Shown here: positions 46,674 through 60,100 of the stretch, in pieces
Position numbering within the stretch: the stretch's first letter is position 1
Layout of the letters: every line of letters starts with the position of its first letter
NCBI GenBank assembly: GCA_022813865.1
Contig: JALDZX010000005.1
Coordinates: 1 to 64,000 of the forward strand
Direction: 5' to 3'
Length of the DNA stretch: 64,000 bases
DNA from: Xylographa opegraphella
Taxonomy: Eukaryota
The notes under the pieces: generated by a model
The model's database searches: none
What the model was told of the DNA's origin: nothing
Seen by the model: only the letters and a program-made list of their open reading frames with translations
Translations under genes and position numbers: made by a program

Positions 46674-49454
46674 TTATGAGTACGATGGCGTGTTTAGTTC
46701 GCCGTTGTTTGTGTCCGGTGGGAACAATTTATCCCACTCATTCTGCATACTGTCAGTACGCTCTAGATAAGCACCCGGTCGTACGTACCCAATCAATATC
46801 ATTCATCAACTGATCAGTCATATTCAAGTCCGGCGTCATCCCGTTGCTCATTGTGGTTGGAGCCGAGGTACTGGAGGTCAAACTTGGCGCTCTGGATTCC
46901 ACGCTGAGTTCTTGCGGGGGAGGGTCTGGACCATCATCTGTGCGGAATCGGACACCCATAATCGTATTTGGAGCACGTCCGACGCCGATTTGTAGAACCG
47001 GATCTGCTCCTGGGCCTGCATCTGCCGCCGACATCAATGAGCTATCATCACCTGTCCTTCTCGGCGGTGACATCCCAATTCTCTGCAGCATTCCTGTCGG
47101 AGCACGTAATCTCCTCGCCCGTGAATAGACGCCTAATCGATCCCTGATCTCAGTGAGAATCAGCCTGGCTTTCTGGTCACGAGTCAGATCAAGAGGGGGC
47201 TCGAAAACAAAATCCAGACAGCGCCAGATACGATCGGATTCTTTGCGCATGGGGTAAGCCCATACTTCGCCAAGAAGAAGAAAAGCCACCTGGTACTGCT
47301 GGATAGCGCCGGAGTACCATGCCCACGGTGCCAAGGGATGGTGCGTCTCGAGCAGAATGGCAGACTCCAATAGTTCCGTGCCCGAAGTGAGGATGATCTG
47401 ACGAAGGCGGTCTGTATGATGTCAGTCTTCGTGAGGCTTGATGCTGTATTAGGACTGGCAATCAGATCTCACCTGGAATGCGAACTGCCACGCTATTATG
47501 ATATCGGTGGAGAATCATTATATGCATTCTTCTCAGTAGGATATTCAGCACGGTACGTGCGCACTGTTGTATGGGGATGTTCTCGTCCATTAACGAAAGA
47601 TATTTCTCTTCAGTTATTTTCCGAAAGTTCTCGATCTTGCCCAGAACAGCGGTTAGGCTGATTTGCTTCTTCTCGAGCTTAGGGCGATCGAACCACAGAG
47701 TCCGCATCATCTCATTGCACTCCATTCGTATCAAGGAGAAGGTCATCTCTGTCCAGCGCTCGGTTGACTTAATTGGAGCTACATCCTGATCTAATTCCGA
47801 ATCATTCACATTGAGTGGAAGTTGAGTGTCAAATTCTTCCTGGCGAATGCCAGGCCTTGGGCCTTGTGCCTCGCAAGTTCGGATGTCGAGGTAGCACAGC
47901 TGATACCAAACCAACCGCCGGACGTGGATTTCAACAGGTTTGAGCCCGTATTCCGTGCCATCGCGATGTAGCGCCATACATTCCGCAAGACGAATACCCA
48001 TGCCAACAAGCGCTGAATGGGCCCGGGATATCTGATCCCGGCACAGGGATATCTACATATATGTAGATTAGCTGAGTCGATGTTGAAAAGCTCAGTCACG
48101 TAAGCGGCCTCAGAACTAGAGCAGAACCTAACGCGAGAAATAGGGCTAACTAATGACTGCCTATAGGTGGTCAACATACCATGTATATGACAAAAGCTTG
48201 CATGGTTTCTGTTTTAGTAGTCCGGAGAATGTTTGCTCGAATTAGTGCTGTCTCGGTGCCTTGCTGGAAATTTTCCTGTAGGTCCTTTTTGGCGACGCCA
48301 AAGTCTTCCAGGATTCTTCCTTCTGGCATACTGACTACGCCCGCAAACATCGCAGCAAAGATTAGCGCCTGCAAAGAGCCTACAGGCTCTATCCCTAAGA
48401 TAACTTCGTTCCAGAATATGTCATATCTCCTTTGGAACGATGGCCTGTGAACTGTACGAGCGATAGGATGCACTGCGTACCAGTATTGTTGCATCAGACG
48501 GTCAGCAGCATATTTTGAAGGGAGAAAGTCAATTAGCGAGTTCCCATGGCTTCCAGTGGCAAAGAAGAAGCTCGATGTAGGTGCAATATAGGTGGGTCCT
48601 GGGGCCGCAAAATGCGCAGGCATCGAAGAAATCGATTGGGCAGGATCTGGCGTCAAGGCTTTTTCCTCTGGCGGTCTTCTATCGTTACGAGCGTCGGTTA
48701 AAGATACAGTAAGCTAGAAGCCGATCAGCATGTTTCCTGTGAATCGGGTGCAAAACTGCGAGGGAGGGAAGATGACCTCCTCGCTGATCTTAGGACGAAA
48801 AAAACCTCCGACTCTATCGGTCAGCCTTAGCTTCCCCATCTGCACACCCAGATCCATCAAGTCATCGTCCGCGTCTTCATCATATGCTGCATCTAGCACT
48901 GCTAGAGGAGACGGCTCTAACTCCTTTTCGTCTTCCGGTTCGGGGGCAAATTCGAAGTCATCGTAAATACCGCCGTGTTGAGCTCCTTCGAGCCCACCTT
49001 TCCTGGGCTCCTTTCTCGCACTATTCCTTGCAACGTCTTGTTCCAGCACTCTCTCCAAAGATCCCATCTTCTCCTTTATCTCCGTTAACTTGAGCTGCGA
49101 TGCGGAATCCAGCGCTGGGGCAAGAAACACACAATCGCGAGCGAACTTGGTGCAATTGGTGCATGGATGTGTTTTATCACATTTCAGTTTACGTCGTCGG
49201 CATTCCAAGCACGAAGTTATCATGCGATTCCGACGACGTATCCGTGGGGCCACAGGAGACGAACTTGATTGAGCTGGCGAGGGGTTGCTCGAGGCTTCCG
49301 AAGCAGAATATCTCTTTCCCGTTAAAGACGAAGCCGGACCGTCTGAGCTTATGAGCGGGTTACGACTCGTATTGTCCATCGAGCCACGGGGAACCATTCC
49401 TGGAAACATGTGGCTTGATTTTAACTCCGTTGTACCTGACATGCCAGGGACCAT
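46674..49454 (-). CDS. Zn(II)2Cys6 transcription factor with a fungal-specific TF domain
   Basis: SCLECRRRKLKCDKTHPCTNCTKFARDC, GIRLAECMALHRDG and RRLVWYQLCYLD. Multi-exon, last exon NEWDKLFPP...YS* ending at 46674. Confidence 0.92.
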
Positions 49455-50745
49455 TGAACGGAGTTAAGGGCAAGGGAATGATGGATTATTGTCCGCGCGC
49501 CGCTTGGGGAAGTGGATATTCGGATCGAGCATTTTTCCTGGCCGTAGCTAGGACTTAGGAGGCTAGTTCTGCATGTTAGTGTTGCCGAAATATGTCGATT
49601 TTTTAAACCGTCGTTGCCCTCACCCTGGATTCGGTGACGAGTATTGCTTAAGGTACTTTGATAAGTACCTATGCATTGTTGAATTGCATGTCCCTGTTGT
49701 ATCCACATCTCTTGCCTCCATCAGCTTCACGGCTTTCAATGGTTCCCGCGACCTAATATCCGCATTTACCGAAGGCCCTGCCCCTTGGCTCGGTGGCCGT
49801 GTTCTTACCTTCCTCAATTACTCCGTTCAAATGTCATCCTTACCTCCAGGCCGGAGATTCTTTGGGTTTCGGAAATCAATTTTCATCTGCGAGATGAGAG
49901 TGGCAGCCCATCCACTTCAGCCATAAGGTTATTGCATCGACACGATCAACAATGAACCTTGCCTCTCTAACCACTGGAGCTCATCCTGACTCATTCCGCG
50001 CCGGGTTTGTGCATGACATGCGGAATGTCTTATGAGAGGCAAGAATGTTTCATATCCTACAACTGGAGAGGCTCACAGGCCGCACATGTTCTCCTGTTAA
50101 CATATCATGGTCATTAAATCAAGCATGATTAAGGTCTGTCGATCGCTGCTCAGAAACATGAACGTTGATCAATTCGGTACAAAACGGACTACAGAAGACC
50201 CGATATGCCTACACAGACATACGATATACGTACACCTTTTGTATCATAATCATCATTTCTCAATCAATCCTGACGTATTAATAATGAATGTCACGATAAT
50301 ACAATGATAGCTAACTAATTTAGGGTAAATACTAACCTGGCTGGGTTGTACACGATTAATTCATACTTGCAGGGAGATGTCTCGATTGACGATTTCGCCA
50401 TCATCCTTACTGACCTGTCAACTTTTACGATGGCATTTCAAGCAGGCTGTGTTGGCTGATACGCAAGGCGCTGGCCAACCGATAAGTGAGTAAGATTTTT
50501 CAGCCTTGGATAAGGTAGCGAAATATTGAGAGGTTCAAAGGCGGCGGGAAGAATGGAATTCGAGGTTTCAACCCACTGTCAGCTCACTGGACTGGATCAT
50601 TCATATGCTCATTGACATCAATCAGAAGTTGAGCTATGTCGAGTACATTTTCCACATGTCTGTACTGTTCCATTCCGATATTCAATGGTCGTTCAAACGC
50701 CTCCCTATGCCAGTCAATGTCATCTTGCTAATCAATGCACGCTTG

Positions 50746-52372
50746 CTAAAGAATCAGTGCTCCCGCCAAAATACCACAAGCGGCCATTCCTACGCTATGC
50801 AAATGTTTGTTCAAGCTTCCAGCTGCTATAGCAACTGGTGTTAATGCTGGCGAGCTGGAACTGGATGTGGTGTCCGCTAGTATCACGCCCTTCGCAATTG
50901 CAGACGTTGGAGTCGGCGTGGCAATCAATGTAGTCGGCGTGATCAAAAACCCCTGCACATCATAACTCTTGGATGCAGTTGACCATCCTACGGGCTCAGT
51001 GACGACGGTAAGAAATCCTTGCTGATCATACGTTGTAACGATGTCATAACCAGCCAAAGCTGCCGAGGAAGAAACCGGCGGTAAGACTACCGTAAACGAT
51101 GTAGATAGTGCTGGAGGGGATGCCGACTAAGTCCGACCAGGTCAGCGGACAGTTACTCACTCTGAGCTGCAAGGATAGAAGGGTGTCTCACTCACAGGTG
51201 CCGCGCTTGGCGGAACGACTTTACCAGAAGGGTTAACGGTCCAACCACTGGGTAGTCCAGGTATGCTTGTGACAGGCGTGGTCGCAGTCTGTAATGTTGT
51301 AGGACCTGGTACCCAAGGATATACGTCTGGCGTAGTATATGTTGATGTGGTATCACCATGTGTGCCGGAAAACGGAATAGGAGCTCCGTTTGAAATTGCA
51401 GTAATTGATGGAGCCGCGGCGGCGGCGGAAGCGTCGGGGTTTGAGCCAGTGGAGCCGACGGTACCGCCAGCGGACTTGATGCTTTGCCAGGAACCACTCG
51501 TATCTCCGTAAGTATATTGGGTTCCGCTCGAGTAGTCTACCGCCTTCACAGATTTGACCTGCATCATGTAAGGACCGCCCCCATAGTTCGTGGGTCCTCC
51601 AGCCCATTCTGAATTGGTGGTCAGAGCGTTGTACACGTAGCCTTTTGTTAAGATAGACTCACGGATAGTTCCAGGTGCATTGGAAGGATCTCCTCCACTC
51701 CAAACGCCAATCTTCAGTTGCATAGGAGTTTGTGGATATTGGCCGGATTCGGCATTGGCTTGTGTCAAAGCACGAAAGGTTTTCCCGTCAATCTGCCATA
51801 CGATCTGGTCCGCCGTCCAGTCAACCGTATACGTATGAAAGGCATTTTGGTTATTTGGATCCGGATGAAAAGCTCCACGATTATAAGTTGTAGTTTGGCC
51901 TTTGCCGAAATAATTACTTTGCACTTGGGTATTGTCTGCTCCAAGCCATTCATAATCTATTTCGTCCAGGTCGTCTGATTGAAGTACCATGCTGCTGACT
52001 ATACCAACACCAGGAGCTGCTTTGAGTACCACCTCTACATGCCCAAACATTATATACCAATCTGATATGAGGGTCGGTGCATCGCCAGATTTCGCTACGG
52101 TGAAAGAAGCGCCGTTGGTGGTGTCGTAGGTAGGGGCTCCGCTGGCCGAAAAGCCGCTCAGAGCCCCTTGTGTAAAATCGAACGTCTCGGATTTGCCCAA
52201 CGCCGGATCTGCTGGACAAGTTCCTAAAGCACTATCAGCAGAGTATTCTAAGCCTCCAATCCGGAACAAGTGTACCTTGAAGAGGATTACACTTCGTGGA
52301 AGTCTGGCATAAAGCCAGCTCAAATGTTCGGGAACTGGCGATGAGCCAGATCGAATATCTCAAGAGGCGCAT
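50746..52372 (-). CDS. GH16 Crh-family chitin-glucan transglycosylase, probably GPI-anchored
   Basis: Signal peptide, CNPLQ|GTCP (intron 52224-52275), WYIMFG, catalytic SDDLDEIDYEWLG, YPQTPMQ, an S/T-rich tail and a hydrophobic C-terminus. Confidence 0.9.
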
Positions 52373-54033
52373 GATATGTGTAATACTGTAGGGCGAAAAA
52401 TCTCGTTTTTGACGTGTGCGAGGTTGAGCAACAGTCGAGCTGTCGGATGGGTACCTGCAGATTGTGGCAGCTTTACAAAGATTATACAGAGTATACTGAG
52501 TAACACTGTGGAACAACGGGAGAAGAGTGAGATATTACAGGAGTGAATGGGAAAAGTAACTATGGCCAAAGGAAGGGGATTCTAACCGCGTCCCTCGCTC
52601 GAGCTACTGCAAGCAAAGTCTCCAATAGGATCCGTTTTCGGGCTTTTATCTGCAGGGGAAAACGGAGGCTGGGAGCAGCTGTTCAGGTATTTTGATTGGA
52701 TTTGCGATGCGATGCGCTGGCAGAGTAATTTCTAAAACGGTGGGGCTGGCGTGAAATGCAACGGCGGGGGCAGCTTCCGTTTTCATGCGGAGTAACCTAG
52801 CTTAAGCGAAAGAAAATATAAGTCTTCGTTGGCACGACAACAGCGCAAGCACGGATGAGGTCAACGAAATGACGCTTGGGACAGAATCAATGCTCGTCAT
52901 ACTGTGTATAGCGGGATCAGCCAAGTCAAATATTACTACCAAAGAATAGTGGCGGGAGATAGCTCTCTACTAACGAAGCCAGCTACACCGTCTGAGTCGT
53001 TATTGTACTACACCTCTGTATAAGGGCTGACTTAAAGCGTTGATATGTGCTTCGCTGCCTTGGGAGTTCATCCACCAAGAACGATTGAAAGCATTTTATT
53101 CTACCAACGCAAGCACGCCGTCCAAGGCTCAAGCATGTTATTAGCATTGCAAAAAATTTGAGTCTGGTCTGCTTGACATCAAAAAGGTCGCTTTGTCAGG
53201 ATCGAAAACCTAGCTGTCCCGGTTGCAGCAGACCAGCCGACACCATGCTTTTATTTAGCGAAATGGCTCTTCACCCATCGACTGCACATCGATGTGGGTG
53301 GGAGTCAAGACGTTCTCCAGGATTATATATTTTTGGTACTGTGAAAGCCCTGAAATTTGTCATCAAATTTCCTCATGGCTTTTTTTAGGCACTTCCATTG
53401 GCGCGAGCTACCTACACTTCCAACACAAGAACTTTCCAACGGATTATTGTTTTGTTTTCCCGTGGTATTGCCTTTCGTGACGGTGCTACAAATATGACAA
53501 GAAAAGAGATTCAATTTTCCATACGTCTCTCTACCAAAGCTTCGTAATTCCAACCAATAGCCCTGACACAAGGGTCTCAGGAACCCAGTATTTCTCTTAG
53601 CTTCCGACTGTTTCTGGAAATCCCGTGGACGTATCCAAACTACTATGTGATATTCGCCATAGGTGCAAAGGGCTCTGCACCTGCTCTTACTAAGCTTTGA
53701 CTAAGCACACTACAGGTGTGTACAAAGTATAATGGCTGGAGGCGCTCTTTTAGTTAGACAATTCTCTTATGCATCACAGCTTCATGGCCAGCAAAATGTC
53801 GAAAGTAGAGTAAGGATCAGGTCGCTCGACTGTACAAATCTGACAGGAGAGGTGCTGACAGTGAACTTACGATAAGGTAGCCAGTCAGCCAGCGTCAAGA
53901 TCACGTACGTTCGTTGGTGGATGCAGTGGGTTGCCGTGAAGGGTGGCCGTGGTCGGTGTGCATTTTAAGGTTGTGGGATGCGGCCCGTCAGCCTTGACGA
54001 TTAGGATATCTTAGTGGGCATTTAAAGCTCAGC

Positions 54034-54049
54034 TGAGTCATGCGAGTCA
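54034..54049 (+). promoter_or_regulatory. CpcA/Gcn4 element TGAGTCA plus a near-match CGAGTCA
   Basis: About 150 bp upstream of the TYS1 ATG. Confidence 0.6.
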
Positions 54050-54191
54050 CATCAGCCAGGCCACAAACCAAAAGGATGTAAACAATTTTGATAATTTTTC
54101 GATTGATTTATCTGAAAGCAACCATATACGCGCATCTGAGGTCTGAGCCGTGCCTTGAAAGGCTAGAGAAAAGCCTACGACGGCTCTCGCT

Positions 54192-55570
54192 ATGATGGCA
54201 CAGTCTCTCAATGCTCAACAGAAAATAACGCTCATCAATTCGCATCTCCAAGAAGTTCTGAAGCCGGAAATAATCGAAGATGTTCTCATCAAGCAGAACA
54301 GGCCTCTTATCATCTACTGGGGTCTGTTTGTATTCTCCAAATAACTTGTTCTCCGTCTTGTTGACTTGCTACACCAGGTACTGCTACAACTGGAAGGCCG
54401 CACTGCGGGTATTTTGTGCCTATGCTCAAGATTGCGCACTTCTTGAGTGCGGGATGTGTGGTCAAAATACTTCTTGCGGACATACACGGCTTCCTCGATA
54501 ACTTGAAGGCACCAATCGAATTGGTCACCTTCAGAGCTGAATACTACAAATATGTCATTGTTTCCCTCATGAAAGCGGTCAACGTGCCTATAGAACGACT
54601 CGAGTTTATACTCGGGAGCTCCTACCAACTGTCTCAAAAATACACAATGGATCTTTTCAGGCTGAGCTCTGTTGTTACAGAGCACGATGCGAAGAAGGCA
54701 GGAGCTGAGGTAGTGAAGCAAGTAGAGAACGCAACTCTAAGTGGTCTGCTCTATCCACTCATGCAAGCATTAGATGAAGAGCATCTTGGAGTGGATGCCC
54801 AGTTTGGTGGTGTAGATCAGAGGAAAATTTTCACTTTAGCTGCTGAACAGCTGCCCAAGATTGGCTACAAAGAAAGGGCGCATCTTATGAACTCTATGGT
54901 ACCCGGACTCGCTGGTGGGAAGATGTCATCCTCAGATCCAGACTCTAAAATTGATCTCCTGGACACTCCCGAAGTTGTGAAGAAGAAGCTGAAAAAAGCC
55001 TATGCCGTTCCCAAAGAGGTCGATGGAAATGGAATCATAAGTTTTGTCGAGTATGTTCTATTGCCTATCGGTGGATTGAAATATGGCGGTCAAGGTCGAT
55101 TCGTGGTCGAAAGACGACCAGGGGAGGGAGAGCCACTTGTCTATAAAAATATAGAGACATTGAAGGAAGACTACAAAGCTGATAGGGTAGATCACATTCT
55201 TGCCTTACTTATGGACTTAAAACCTAACGCGAAATAGTTAACTCCACAGCTGCTTAAGGCCGGAGTTACCACTGCTCTCGTTGCACTCCTCGAACCGATA
55301 CAAGCAGATTTCAAAGCATCAAAAGAATGGCAAGATATTGAGATGAAGGCCTACCCCCCCGCTGAAACCAAGAAAAAGGAGAAAAAGGTCAAAGACAAGG
55401 GGAGCAGACATCCCGGAGGTGTCGCCAAAGGCGTTGAAGCTCAGCCAGATGGACGTGTGGAAGGTACGCGGAAGGACGAAGTGAATCTGTCATCTGGGGC
55501 GGAAGTCGCCATAGGAAACCTCGACATCAAAAGCAATGGAGCAGAAATTGAATCTTTTGTATCTGAATGA
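54192..55570 (+). CDS. TYS1: Cytosolic tyrosyl-tRNA synthetase
   Basis: Spliced [43 protein letters not shown] and KMSSS. Two introns. Confidence 0.96.
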
Positions 55571-56000
55571 ACAGGATACTCGAGGACGGAGCCCGTTCCT
55601 AACTATTCATGATGCTCGCGACCACGGACTTTGACGTACCTTGTCCCATCCACAGCGTCGAAGCATGAGCCATTCGACGGTCGAACCGGTCTGAGTACGA
55701 CTGAAGACATGAAATGCACTGAACTTACATTAGTCTCGCCATCAATTGTGGCAACATGACCACCTCTCTGCTGCTGTCTGTCGCCCTTTCGATCGTCAAT
55801 TGATCGCTGTCGAGCGCTAGGTAATATGGAGGACCCATGCGTTCCCGTGCGTGATTATCTGCTACGTCGTCTTCTGTTTGGTGAATGTGTACGATGACCT
55901 TCAGGAAGCCATTCCAAGCGGAAGATACCTGTTGTGGTATCGCCGGGCCCAAATACGTGCCTCAAATATCACCGTTTGACTACCATGACTGGGGCCTGGT

Positions 56001-56060
56001 AAGATCCCTGGAAAGATCCCTGGAAAGATCCCTGGAAAGATCCCTGGAAAGATCTCTGGA
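56001..56060. repeat. 12 bp minisatellite (AAGATCCCTGGA)x5, last copy with one mismatch
   Basis: Seen directly. Confidence 0.95.
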
Positions 56061-57115
56061 AATAATCCCGGATGATCGACTACAGACACAAAGGCTTTCT
56101 AGTGTGCCGACTGAATCAACCATTCCGATGAGTGTATTGAGGTCTGAGGATATTTTCGTTACTCGCGGTTGCAATATTTTACCGGACCCTTTTCAGCAGT
56201 AGACAATGTCCAGTCCTACGTTTGGTGCTCCCTCGCAGCTGTACAGCAATACGTAGGCAATTTATATTGGTCATAAGCATATATCTGATTTCTTGTCCTA
56301 GATTGTTTAGGACACTTGGCAACGTACTGTCGGGAATCGACACTGGCCCTTGCAAAGCATCTTTCGTGATGCTTTTCTTCGAGGCGAAAACCCAAAAGAA
56401 TACTACTTGGTCAGAAAAAGTCACTGCAGTCCCGAAGTCAGAACTGAGCGTCCTGACTTGGGGGGAACGCAGTAGGTCCTGCGGAAAGGGGTTCGGTGTA
56501 ATGATGAAAGCGGCTTCTACGACGTAGTACACTAGATGACCGAGTGAGAGACAATGACAATCTCAGACAGGGCACCCATGGAGGGGGACATTATTGACGT
56601 CCCCTGGTAGCAATCGTAACTTGCCTTCGATAAGGCTCGGGCAAGCCTCCCCCATGTCACGCATCATTGGAAGGGGTTAATGCGCGGGAGCGAAGTCTGG
56701 TCTTTCGCTTGTACGGCCGATCAAGCCGGGGGGACTGCCCCACCCCACCCCTACCTTACCTAGGACCTTACCCGGACACTTGCACTGAGGCGTAGATCCA
56801 TCACACGCCGTGTACTTCGTAAGGAGCCACAGCCTTCACCTTCACCTTCACTTCCACTTTCACGTTCACGTCCACCTCCTCTGCGTCGGCGCCGTCATCG
56901 CTGTGTCATCAGGTCGTGCTGTTTGGAGCCCGAGCAATCTTCCTTCCGCATGCCTCGAAGCCCCCCATGTCGCAGGATCGAGAACCTTTGTACTCTGCAC
57001 ATCCACCTCGGCTAGTGTCGCCTGCATCCTCCCTGGCTGAGGTCCGCCCGTGAAGGCATTGGCAATACCCCCACCAGTCGTTGTTGCGGCCGCCAAACAG
57101 AACTCCCCGGTAACA

Positions 57116-60100
57116 ATGACGAGAAGGGAGCATCCGACAAAGCATGGTCCGGAGGCATCAAGCAATGGGAGCCATGGCTCGCATAACAATCCGACAAAGG
57201 CCTTTGCCGGACGAGGCATTCATGGAGGCCCTTTGCAGACATGGACTGCGAAGAGACACATGTAAGTGATCCGCCTTCCCCACCAGGTCTTTCGATGGCG
57301 ACTCTGGCTCGTTCCAGGATTAACAATCACGACCCTGCTGTTTGGGTGGCGTTGCCAGAAAGAAGCAAAGTTGCAATTCAGCGCATTGGAACAAAGACTT
57401 CACGACCATCGCTGCGACTAACAGAACTTTCTCTTTCTAGATTCGAGGATGACTCTCCTGTTTCACCGGGGACCGTGGGCCATACGGGATCCAACTACTT
57501 CTCCAATCCTCCCAATGTCCCGCCCAAAGATCGAGGTATGACGGGCACATTTCGCGATTATCGGCGAGAGCTTGCCGGGTCTGTGGAAAACTCCACTGGG
57601 AGTATTCCCTCGATATCTAGGGAACCACCGTCTGCTCCTCTCGCTCAGATTGCGCCTTGGGCAAGCGAATCCTCCTTGATGCCATCGACTGCAATGCTGC
57701 CTCCAGCTCGGAGCTTTTTCGATGATGGAGACGACGATTTACCGTCTCCTTCTTTCAGGCCCGATACAGCGCGCACTGACACCAGCGACTCGATGGATAC
57801 GCTCTGGCATGGCGATGAGCGCCGTCCTTCCGTAGCAAGTGCGTCGACCATGGGTAGCCAGGATTCGAATACAAGAGCCGGTGGTGGTAAAGCGTCATAC
57901 CAGAAAAAGCTCGCGGGGTTTTTTGGTGAGGACATAAGCGGCCGGACATCTCAGCAAGGCTCCGACACGAGCATTCCAGCGTCCATACATTCCAGTAGAA
58001 AGCGAAATACCGAAAAGGCCAGAGTAACTTCTCCAGCTTCGTCAAGGCCACTCACACCTCTGCCGTCTAGTGAGATTGTACCATGGATGTTTCAAGATCC
58101 AAAGGTAAGCTCCATTGCCAAAGTGTCTGTTTCACGCAATCGGTTGGTGTTTGTTTGCGCATCATTATGCCGAGGTTCTAAAAATCGAGATTCAATCTGC
58201 AACTCGAAGTGCCCAACTCTGCAAATAATCGCAAACAAACAATGCAGTGAATATGTGGAGCGTCCTGAAGCATACTAGGCTCTACAGTGCCTATCATGAA
58301 GAAGAATCCCCCAGATTTGATTCATAGTCTGTGCCGGTAGAGCTTTGGATATCCACGTCCAGCCCATATCGTTTGCCGTGGTGGCTGTTGTTGAATGAAA
58401 AAATGTTTCTTCAGCTGATGTGGACTTCCGCAATCGTTACGGTTGAGTGCTGCTGCATCAGATTTGAAGGGCATCGTGCCTTTTTCGGTAAAGACATTAC
58501 ATCAGAAGCTAATGTGAAGGTGCAACAGGATATTTCGCAATATGGAGATGCACCAATCAGGCAGGCGCCAGCCGGGCCTGACAAGCAGCGATTCGATCAC
58601 GATATTCATTCACCCGCCAGCGCTGGCCACCTCCACCGATTCCATTTTCCTGCTCATCGCCACACCAGGAGTAAGGAGGAAGACTCAAAGGCTTCACATA
58701 GAGTGGTCAGTAACGGCTATCCCAGTCGGCCGGCTACAAGCAGAGAAGAGGGTAGTATCGATGTACGCCAGCCGACGGACCTCAACTCATCTCCCATTTC
58801 TCCCATGGCTTCTCGGACCACACTTGGCATACGCGGAATAAGTCCTACACCGAGTGGCAGCAGTACATTCAGTCGAGATATGCAACGTTCCCCTGCTGAT
58901 GGATCTACCAGCGCCAAGAGATCGTTTTTTGACAAGATTCGACGACACAAAGGTGACAGGGGTCTGGATTCACTAAAAAATCTCCCAAGTTCTACGAAGT
59001 CGTTGCAGGACCCTTCTTTAGTGAATGCTAAAGTTGTCAAACTTGACCCGCTTCCTCCTAGGCGGAACAGGGATGGAAGTATTGCCACCTTCGACAGCAA
59101 TTCCACCGTTAAGGCGGTGGACAGTATACAGAGCGATTCATCATCACAGCGCAAAGAGAGCAAAGTTAAGCTACTCCATGGTCATGGCAAATTCTCTACA
59201 CCGACCAGACGTGGCTTCGGGCACGAGCCGTCGAACGCAAAAGACGGAGAAAAGGCCCGTAATGGATCGACAGGGAGTTCACCGTACTGGAACTTGGATC
59301 TGGATATGAGTAACATGGAAGGCATAGTCAGTGCACCACCACCACCAACTCCACCACACGGTGGGATATTCACTGGCGCCGCCCTCGGCGAGGAGCTTCG
59401 CAGGGAGCCGTGGGAGATGAATGCAACGACTGGGCCGGGAGCCTGGGATGCGCCTGACTCGTGGGCAGTTAAAAAGGTTGGGGATGAGAATATGGCAAGA
59501 TTGAATGAAATAGACGAGGCCGGTATTGCTCCCAAGGCAGAAGACCACGGTATCCCTCATTGCGTACGAGTGTTCCGTATCGACTCAACTTTCGCAACCT
59601 TATCAACTAGTGTGAATACAACGGTCTCAGAAATACTTCAGATACTTGGCAAAAAGTCTTTCCTGCAGGATGAGCTGAACAATTATCAAATCGTCATGAG
59701 GAAACATGACTTGCAAAGACAGCTAGCACCCGGGGAGAGGCCGATTGCTGTACAGAGGCGGCTGTTGGAGCAGGCGGGCTACGAAGAGTCGGACCACATC
59801 GAAGAAATTGGGCGGGAGGACAATAGCTATCTTTGCCGTTTTACGTTTGTGCCTACGAAGCTCAGTGGATACCATAGCCTCGATAAGGATAACGGCTTCG
59901 CAAAGATGTCGAAGTTCAGCCACGTTGATCTTCAGGGCCGCAGTTTGGTCACAATTCCAATAGTGCTATATAAGAAAGCTGCCGAAATAGTTTCTCTCAA
60001 TCTTTCGCGAAATCTTTCCCTCGATGTACCAAAGGACTTCATCCAAAGCTGTGTCAATCTTCGGGAAATCAAGTTCACTAGCAACGAAGCTTGGCAATTA

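Noticed and set aside
42142..52372. Secondary-metabolite cluster around the Zn2Cys6 factor, methyltransferase and hydrolase
   Set aside because: No PKS, NRPS or terpene backbone gene, and the methyltransferases are the housekeeping RMT2 and DIM1.
56001..56060. CRISPR-like array
   Set aside because: Contiguous 12 bp units with no spacers, a eukaryotic context and no cas genes.
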